Below the pieces are notes generated by a model. The model searched no databases. It was not told the DNA's origin and saw nothing but the letters and a program-made list of their open reading frames with translations. DNA of 64,000 nucleotides from Amoebidium appalachense (taxonomy: Eukaryota; Protista; Ichthyosporea), in the NCBI GenBank assembly GCA_963693365.1, contig CAVNZM010000001.1, forward strand, positions 17,355,840 through 17,419,839, given 5' to 3'. Positions 53,913 to 64,000 of this stretch are shown in pieces. The first letter of the stretch is position 1; the number at the start of each line of letters is the position of its first letter. The translations under genes were made by a program, and so were the position numbers.

Positions 53913-54799
53913 GTCTGAATTCCATTTTCCCTGATCAGAATATGCAAATTTAAAATCGACATGAATGATGCCGAATTCAGACCTCTCAGGAGGATGGCAC
54001 AAGTAAGGGTATCTGATGTAAGACTTGTAAACAACTGTACACATGAACTGTACGTGTTTACTAAAGAATGTGATGTACTAGCACACGATTCGTGCTTTGT
54101 CATGAATATCACATAAATATTATGTCCGCACCAATAGGACTCACTCTGACCTAAGAATTGAACCATATATGGTTCTTCAGCTGCATACCACATAAACGAA
54201 GTGAACCAATAAGAGGTTTGCATAAATAGGACAAAGGTCTGACTGGCTCGGACCGCACCAGAATCACGAATGGCATGTTGCCACCCGCGCTGGCCGCGGA
54301 TGAACCAATCCTGGGCCTTGATCCAAAACCTGGGGGCTATATAAGAAAGCCGTCCCAGTACGGGGATCACATCAGTGAAGTCTGAGACAGACTGAGTCGG
54401 CCCATAGTAAAAGCAACCTGGCCGCGTGTGCCTTTCTACCCGTTCTCTGTCTTTATTTTGATTCAGTTGTACACTGCCTTATCCTAACTAGTCCGACTGT
54501 TTACAAGACTATCAGTACACTCTATATTGGAGGGTTTTCTAGTCTTCTCAGGAGGCAGTACTCTGCATAAGGGTCCTCCAAATGTTGACAGAACGTCTGA
54601 ATTCCATTTTCCCTGTATATCCAATCAGAATATGCAGATTTAAAATCGACATGAATGATGCCGAATTCAGACCTCTCAGGAGGATGGCACAAGTAAGGGT
54701 ATCTGATGTAAGACTATCAGTACACTCTATATTGGAGGGTTTTCTGGTCTTCTCAGGAGGCAGTATTCTGCATAAGGGTCCTCCAAATGTTGACAGAAC
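53913..54799. repeat. 205-bp tandem duplication whose first unit is interrupted by the solo LTR
   Basis: Unit 2 = 54595-54799 intact. Unit 1 = 53913-54025 + 54511-54594, with an 8-bp deletion (TATATCCA). Confidence 0.9.
54026..54505 (+). mobile_element. Solo LTR, 480 bp, with 5-bp target-site duplication AGACT
   Basis: Begins TGTAAACA and ends TGTTTACA (TG..CA, 8-bp inverted termini); AGACT at 54021-54025 and 54506-54510; empty site GATGTAAGACTATCAG at ~54705-54720. TATA-like TATATAA at ~54338 suggests + orientation (inferred). Confidence 0.88.
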
Positions 54800-54971
54800 A
54801 GAAATGAGCTCAAGTGGATAATGGGTGACGTGACCATAATAGTATGTGTTTTTAAAGACACGCATATGGACTCTTCTTGGATTAAATTCTGCCACATTTA
54901 TAGCTTCTGGAAAATCCCGACGCCATGATAAAATTCTATTTTGATACGCACCTGCAAAACGTTGGTTTTGA

Positions 54972-56279
<1,308 letters not shown>

Positions 56280-56451
56280 GGGCCGGGCCCCGGGGGTGGT
56301 ACCACATAGTTCAAACCCTTCGACATCTCGTGGCTGCTGTTGCTGTCATCATGATGGACTGCTGCAACGATCCACCCCCGGGGGGTCTTCCCCGTGCGAC
56401 CTCCCTACCCTTGATTACATACCACAATTGTTCTTTGACGTCGTGCAACTT

Positions 56452-56482
<31 letters not shown>

Positions 56483-56510
56483 GGGGGGCTGTGCGCTTGT
56501 TTACAGCGCT

Positions 56511-56577
<67 letters not shown>

Positions 56578-56988
56578 ATCGGAGTTGCTATGAACTACCT
56601 GTGTTTTGATTAGTGCGCGTGGGCATGCATGTTTGCTATCATGATGGTTGAGTACTGTGCGTACTAACGTCATACGGTGTGTTTGTGTCTGACCGCCTGC
56701 CTGCTGCGTGCTGTGTGTCTGTATGTGTCAGAGTGGGATGTTTGTGAGTATGAGAATGTGGTGATGGTGTGTGTGCGTGTGTGCCTTAATACACTTTTTT
56801 TTTTTTTTGTGTTTGTGAAGTTATCTAAACTATTATTAGTGCCTGTGCGTACATGTGCACGTGTACACGTGGCTGTGTATGTGTGTCTGACAATGCAGGC
56901 TTGGGGTGTGATGCATAGTGTCAATTATCTGTGTGTATAATGGTTGCCCGGACACCATCAGTGTTGGGAGGGAAGGGGAGGGTGGGGC

Positions 56989-57030
<42 letters not shown>

Positions 57031-58426
57031 TTATTGTTATTTCAGAGCTCTCCAAATGGTCACAGCCTGGTGCAGGGGTACATCACAGGGCGGAAGTGTG
57101 TCCCCACAAATAGACGAGATGTGATAATAATTTTGCATGCACATGCACATGAAGAAGTATTGGAGTCTGTGTATGTGCGTCTGTGTGCAGCAATGTGTTG
57201 TTTTGACATGATTAAGGTATTTGCGTGAAACTTGAACCAGTGTGTTGGTGTGCACAGATGTATGAATGTGATGCGTTGAAGTGCCAACCTTATAGAAGTA
57301 CAGGAGCGTGTGCGTACGCATGTGGCGTTCTTTTATACGATCTGTACATGTCTTTCATTCACTCCCTCACACTCCCTTTCCCAATCACTCCCCAGCGTGT
57401 GTGCGTTTATGTGGGCACACACACACTTGTGCACGGATTTGGATGATTAAAGCTGGGAGTGTGTATCGGAGTGAATGTAAGTGAACGTGTCTACTTATGC
57501 GGCTGTGTCGGCTTGTGCCCATTCGTGCACACCATCCGTATAACCCGTGCTTTAACGGATCCGTTAATATGCGCTTGTATGTAAGTGAACACGTACATGT
57601 ACGTAGATACATGCCCTAAGTGTCTGTGAATATTTGCTCCTCTGTGAAGCGCCATCATTCCGTGTGGCTGAGTGTGTGCGTGTGTGTGAACAATCTCTTT
57701 TACTCTATACACATGCTAGGGTGTCTCTCTTTGCTTTCACACATGACTCCGTCCTCCCCTTGCTCTCCCCGTGTACGTGAGTACGTGAATGAGCCAAGGT
57801 GTGTGCTGGTGGGAACCGGTGAAAACGTGGGCGGTGGTGTCTGCCTGTACATGTGTGTGTATGTGTGTGTGCGTGTGTATGTGTATGGGTGTGTGTATGT
57901 GTGTGCACCCATCCGTGTAGATTGAGGCCTATGTGCTGGTGTGTGTGTGGTCGATCAGCCAACAAGAAGGTGTATCCTGATTTCAAACTCCTCTGGCTCT
58001 ATATAAAAGCTGCAATATGAATGAGCAGAGGACGCCCGGGGGGGAGGGAGAAAGGTGGGGGGAGGGGGGGGGGGGGGGGGGGGGGGAGCGGTTTCACACA
58101 CGCAGCAGAGGAAGGTTCGAAGGGTGCAGCTGGGGGGTGGGGTTGGGGGGAGGATGGGGAAAAGAGGTAGAAATTGGGGGAAGGCGCCGGAAAAGTAGTT
58201 GTGGCAGTTCAGGGAGACTAATGTGAACACACTAACATGCACGTGCATGTACGCACAAAAGAAACACACAGACACAAACACGGTAGGTGAGAGCTAAAAT
58301 GAGAAGTAGAGGGACATAGGCAGAGAGCAAGCTTAAAGAAAAGCTTGAGGGGGAGGGAGAAAAGGGGAAGGCGGAAAGCAGAGATGGAGGAGGAGAGGGG
58401 ACAGAGAGAGGGGGGGGGGGAGGGGG

Positions 58427-58492
<66 letters not shown>

Positions 58493-58604
58493 GGGCGGGA
58501 GGGGTTGGGGGGAAGGGGAAGGGGAGGGAGAAAGAGGGGGAGGGGGAGGGGGGGGAGAAAGAGACGGGGGGGAGGGGGGGGGAAAGAGAGAGAGAGAGAG
58601 ACAG

Positions 58605-58691
<87 letters not shown>

Positions 58692-59705
58692 ATGAGAGCC
58701 CGCGGGTATGTTGCGATGGGTTAGAAGGCTTGGTTTTTGAGTGATGGGGCGGGAGAGGCCAGAGAGGGCAAGGAAACGGGAGTTGTTAACATGTACTTGG
58801 CAAAGGCAGAGAGAAAGACAGAGCAAGTGGAGTGGGAAGCAGGAACGAATATAATGAGGGAACGGCCCTCCCTGCAGAACGCGATGGGTAATTGGTGGTG
58901 TGAAGGCGAGAGGGGCAGGGCGGGGGGGGAAGTGAGGGAGACTTAACCAGAGAATTGTTGTGAGAAGAAGGAAATGAACTGAACACATGAGAAGGAAGAA
59001 GGTGGCATGTGGGGAGAAGGGGGGCAAGGGGGAGAGGGGAGCCGGGCGCGGGGGGGGGGGGGGGGGGGGGGATAATAGATCAACCCAGAGAGGAAGCCAA
59101 GGGGCGAGCATGGAATGCCGCATGGAAGGCGAGGGGGGAGAGAGAGGCATGGAAAGGGAGCAGAGGGTTAGAAGCGGTACTGGTTGCAAAAGACAACGTG
59201 GTTTGAGAAAAGTTAAGAAATGCATGGCAGGGATTCAAGCAACAGTGCCCAAGGTTAAGTCCTCCTCGAGGAGGGGCGGGGAGAATGAGGAAGGGAGTGG
59301 GGGGTACGGGACAGGAATGTGGGTAGACAAAATATATTTCTATTGCACCAGGCAATATATCTGTCGCCACCTGAGGTGACGAATAACACCCAGGCCTATC
59401 TCAGCTTCAAGAACAAGAATTTGGGTATCTTACACTGGAATGCCACACGCGTCTTCTCCTTCGCACACAACCGTCGCCGGAAAAGCCCCGCTCGCCTTGT
59501 GTGTGCCGTCAAAGCAACAACAGCCCCGGTTCAGTTCAAGTTCGATCAGCCCGTAGGAACTGAGCAAGGCATGTCTTCACTCACAGTGGTGTGCACAGAA
59601 TACAGTTTATCCCCTTGATGGTAATTTGCTGTTTGTGTTTGTGCGTGCGTGCGTGTGTTTACTCTAAAATATAACCAGAACATCGCCACTCTATCCAAGG
59701 TAAAC

Positions 59706-59957
59706 TCAAAACTCCATCGTCAGGCAAATGTAGGCGCCGTGAACGAAAGCAGTGCCGACTGCCAGCGTGAACAGGCGGTCACGTAGTACCGGTTTATCCC
59801 TCAGCGTAATTCTGATCAGAGGAAATATAGGTGCATAGAGGATCGGGGCAAAGAGAGAGAGCCTAAGCCCACCGCGTTTAACTTGGTTGGATGTGATCCA
59901 CGGGTTGTCGTCGGGGCGCTCCGTTTTAGCGGGCGTGGTGGCTGTTGGTGTCGACAT
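59706..59957 (-). CDS. Small uncharacterised hydrophobic protein, 83 aa, intronless
   Basis: Clean ATG-to-TGA ORF in a repeat-free island: ...LFAPILYAPIFPLIRITLRDKPVLRDRLFTLAVGTAFVHGAYICL. Two hydrophobic segments. Confidence 0.75.
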   Translation of the reverse strand: MSTPTATTPAKTERPDDNPWITSNQVKRGGLRLSLFAPILYAPIFPLIRITLRDKPVLRDRLFTLAVGTAFVHGAYICLTMEF

Positions 59958-61240
59958 GTTTGGCGGGGTTTTGCACGGATGTTCTGGTGTGGGCGCTGAA
60001 GCAAGCTAAGAGGGACCTCTTAGGTTTAAGATTGCTATTGACAGCGGCTAGCTGAATAGGAGAGGTGAAGGGCATACACGGCTAACTACTTATTGTAGAT
60101 TCTTGCAGAGAAGACGCTCCCAATTTCGTCTCAAACTGGACCTCATGCTTTCGGAGCTTTATTTTATATCCCAAAGCAAACAATGAACAGCCAATCAGAT
60201 GCGTGCAGTCATAGAAGGTCACGGAAACATGCCCGTGAGTCACAGCTGAGAGCCCGTGGGCAGTGAGGTCTTGAGCATTGCAATTCCCTGTTCATATTGT
60301 AGTATATACACCATCGCGAATTAGTAATATGCTAATATTAAGAAAAACTTAAAGAATCGATGAGAGGCCCAAGGGAGGTGTACAATTGCAGACAATGCAT
60401 CAAGAGCGACCCGACCCGACTCGGATCGGCCCAAGATGATGTTCGACCCGATTGCCTTTTACCCGGGATGGCGCAAACAGGCTCAACAGAGAACACAGAA
60501 CGGCGGGGGCCCGGGTACCATTCCAAAGCGTGCACGTGTAACACAAGTTTACGCGTGTCTGTACACGTCTGATGTGGTGTGCTCTTGTGTTTGCTCTTGT
60601 GTGAGTGTGCTCATACATATTTTTGTGTCAATATAAAACAAAAATCCGGTGGGACAAAACGCCACAAGGTTTTGTGAGTGGGGACGCCCGCAGTCGACTT
60701 GATTGGGTGCCTTCAATCTCGTGCTAACCCTGTTAGTTTCACGTTAACATCAAAAAAGTTCCGGCAAAATCAAACATAACTTCACTTCTCAGCATCACAT
60801 ACATAATAAATTTTCAGAGCGAATAGACTAAGTATACACTAGCAAAGGGTCCTGTCCAAAATTACAAACAGCAGGCAATTATTACTAATAAGAACCGTTC
60901 CCTTGAACACAAACATTACCGTATTGAGCAGGACGTGGCCTTTGTGTTAGAATGCCAATAGCCCAAGCTCATGATGTCTATACCACACAAGCCAGTACAG
61001 ATACAGTGTCATATGATCCAAATTTTACTGCAGGGCAACTAAAATTAACTTAAATATTCTCTTCAACACCTAAGCCGTCTGACCAAATTGAAGGGTAAAC
61101 GCAACAGTATGCACATCAATTCATCAAACAATATGCTCATGCTGTATCTCTCTTTCACATAATCCTCATGCTGCCCTCAACCTAGCAGCACATTAGCTAT
61201 ACGTAGCATCGTAGTGCCACAGTGACTCGATCGACTAGGT

Positions 61241-61361
61241 TTACTCGTCTTCATCGGGAAGATTTTGGGACGGGGGCCTTGGAGACTTGGGGGCAAGCAC
61301 CTGCAAATTAAAAACCTCAGTGTTAGACAGACAACAAAAAAAACGACACGGAAATGACCCG

Positions 61362-61394
<33 letters not shown>

Positions 61395-61456
61395 CCCCCC
61401 CCCCCCCCCCCCCCCCCCAAACTTTTTATCAAAAATGACACGGAAATGAACACCCC

Positions 61457-61503
<47 letters not shown>

Positions 61504-61587
61504 CATTAAAAAAACAAAAAAACAAACAAAACAAACACGTCACAGACACAGACACAATCACAATCACACATGCCAGCGCGCGCACCC

Positions 61588-61626
<39 letters not shown>

Positions 61627-62019
61627 ACAAACACACACACAAACACCACCACTGCCTTCCCCATACCCACGAACCCAACCAATGGTGCCTTTTTTCTTTC
61701 ACTCCACCCCAACACTTTCCCTCCGTTTCCCCTTCAACCAGAAACCTTGTTAGACATAGATGTATACGCAAACAAGTGAATGATTTGAAACATATCTCGA
61801 AACGGAGATACGATAGAATGGCAAGGAGCAAACAACGGGGCACGAGGTAGAGGATCATCAATCGAGTGGGAAAAATTAGAGCACATGCTGGCAAAGCTTT
61901 CCTCTACCGAAGTCTATCGTCAACCTGTTAACCAGGCTGTGTATTGTTTTTGAATAGTGTAGTTACCCTAGATGAATCTTAGACAGGGGTATGCCGGGCG
62001 GTGGTGTGTGTGAGTGTGT

Positions 62020-62075
<56 letters not shown>

Positions 62076-62504
62076 AGGGCGGGGAGAGAGGAGGATTATG
62101 TGGAAGGGACGAGGGAGGAGGAGGGGGAGGGGGGGAGGGGGGGGGAGAGCCAACCTTTGGGACGGGGTTATCTTCGTTGCGCTGGGTGATGTGGCCGTAT
62201 GCCCGGCGCATGGCCAGGTCACGTGACCGTTGGTAGTAGATGCCCAGGCGCTTCCAGTCGAGGATGTCCGACAGGCGCTGTGTGTGTGTGTGTGTGTGGG
62301 TGTGTGGGTGTGTGTGTGTGGGTGTGTGTGGGTGGGTGGGTGGGTGGGTGTTTGTGATTCGTGTGTGTGCATGTTTTTTGGGCGGAGAAGGGAGGAGGAG
62401 TGGCGTGTGTGCACGGGCGCCCATGTGTGCATGTGTGTGTGTTCATGGATTTATAATGGGTTTATAAGTACGGGCTTGCATAATTATCCAAGACGATTGC
62501 AGGA

Positions 62505-62541
<37 letters not shown>

Positions 62542-62752
62542 TTTTCCAGCCTCTCCACCTTACAAACACCTTCTGCTTCTCTTGAACAGGAACACATAGG
62601 AACGGTCAAACTAAGAAGTCTCAGTATCTGGGCACAGGTCTCAGGAGCTGATTGCCCGAACTGGACGTGTGTTTGATTTCAGGCAGGTCTAAAGTATGAT
62701 TGCTACTTCAATCGAGGTGTGTGCGTCTCTCCCCCCCCCCCCCCCCCCAAAA

Positions 62753-62787
<35 letters not shown>

Positions 62788-63080
62788 ATTGAATAAAATC
62801 AAATAAAATCCCCCTTTTCTTTCCTTTTTCTTTTTTTTTTAATTTATTTTTTTTTTTTGGGGGGGGGGGGGGGGGAAGGGAGGGAGAGAGAGGGAGAGAG
62901 AGAGAAAGAGGGAGGGATTGATAAAGGATACAGGTGTGAAGGGGGGAGGGGGAGGAGGGGAGGGAGGGGAGCCTGAGAGAGAGGGGGGAGTATGTGTGAG
63001 GCCGGTTAGGATGGCAGAGGGGGAGGGGGGGGAGACGAGAGAGACGGATGTAGAAGGTGTGTGCATGCATGCGCGCGCGC

Positions 63081-63125
<45 letters not shown>

Positions 63126-63393
63126 CACCTCTGTGCGGTTCCTCAGGTTGATGCGCTGGCGGCGGTCGAGTTTGCAGAAGTCCACCATGATGTCGACCAT
63201 CTGGTCGAGGGACTCGTCGGGGCTCTGCATCACCATGAGAGATAAAGATCTTAGCCATGCACCCTTCCCCCCCCCCCCCCCCCCCCCCCCTTCTCCCCCC
63301 CCCCCCCCCCTTCTCCCCCGGAAAAAAAAAAAAGAGAGAGAGAAAGAGAGAGACCGTAAAACCAGGCAGCTCTAGAATACAATACCAAAGCAA

Positions 63394-63424
<31 letters not shown>

Positions 63425-63772
63425 AGCTCCCTTGTCTTCCCCCTCAACTAAGGCCCTCGATACGTTCAATCGTTGTTCTCGTTTTTGGGTAATCAACAAC
63501 CGTTGTCCGAGTGCAAGTTACAGGCGGGCAGCTTTTTGAAGTGAGTAATGAGCCCCGAGAGAGAAATAAAGACACAACCACCATCAGTGCACTTGGGAGT
63601 GTGTGCGTGTGTGTGCCCGACGTAATGATTGATTAGTGCAATCGTACCTTGAATCTGCGATCCACAACATAGATGCCGTAGGAATTCGGGTCCTGCACGT
63701 GCTCCTCCATGAAACAGCCAAACCCGGACAGGTTGGATGTGATTGACGGCACACCCATCACCGTGCACTCGG
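61241..63772 (-). CDS. GYS: Glycogen synthase (GT3, animal/fungal type), last four exons; gene continues beyond the window
   Basis: Exons 63772-63648, 63224-63129, 62277-62155, 61300-61241: [36 protein letters not shown] / [22 protein letters not shown] / [15 protein letters not shown].. / [19 protein letters not shown]. Confidence 0.93.
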
Positions 63773-64000
63773 CTGTGCGTGTACGTGTACGGTTGTGTAT
63801 GTGTGTGTGTTTGTGAGTGTATGTACGTGCGTGTGTACCGTGTGTACGTGCACGCAATTGTGAGTGTGAACTTGTGTGGGCGGCGGCGTACACGTGTGCA
63901 TATTTGTGAGTGTATGTACGTGTGTCCGTGTGCATGTTTCTAAATCGACATTTGACGCCGCAGCACAGGGAGACAGCAGCCCATGATGATTCATGCTATC

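Noticed and set aside
53750-54370. 206-aa minus-strand ORF as a real gene
   Set aside because: It crosses the solo-LTR boundary at 54026 and an 8-bp deletion, so it is a chance chimera.
57552-57567. 16-bp perfect palindrome TTAACGGATCCGTTAA
   Set aside because: Isolated, with no associated element or second copy; compatible with chance in 64 kb.

Overview
Eukaryotic genomic DNA, intron-rich, with introns saturated by poly-C/poly-G runs and (CA)/(TG) microsatellites, so most ORFs in the supplied track are repeat artefacts. Manual exon stitching gives four spliced genes: (1) a CHORD-CHORD-CS co-chaperone with an extra inserted domain (+, 11 exons); (2) a 30-exon, ~1213-aa protein with TM-SMP-C1-C2-DH-like-PH-GRAM architecture (-), hosting an intronic tRNA-Arg(CCG); (3) an ADD-domain DNMT3-like C5 DNA methyltransferase without a recognisable PWWP (+); (4) the 3' end of a GT3 glycogen synthase (-). 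Two small intronless membrane-protein ORFs are also present. Mobile DNA includes several degenerate copies of one LINE family, a solo LTR whose empty site survives in an adjacent duplication, and DNA-transposon-like ends. The most unusual signals are a stereotyped intron grammar (C-run after donors, (CA)n directly abutting the AG) and a ~80-bp sense-oriented dispersed element just upstream of several 3' splice sites. Gene content suggests a unicellular opisthokont/holozoan (inference only). All gene models are hand-built and unverified by RNA data or database searches; homopolymer lengths may be unreliable.
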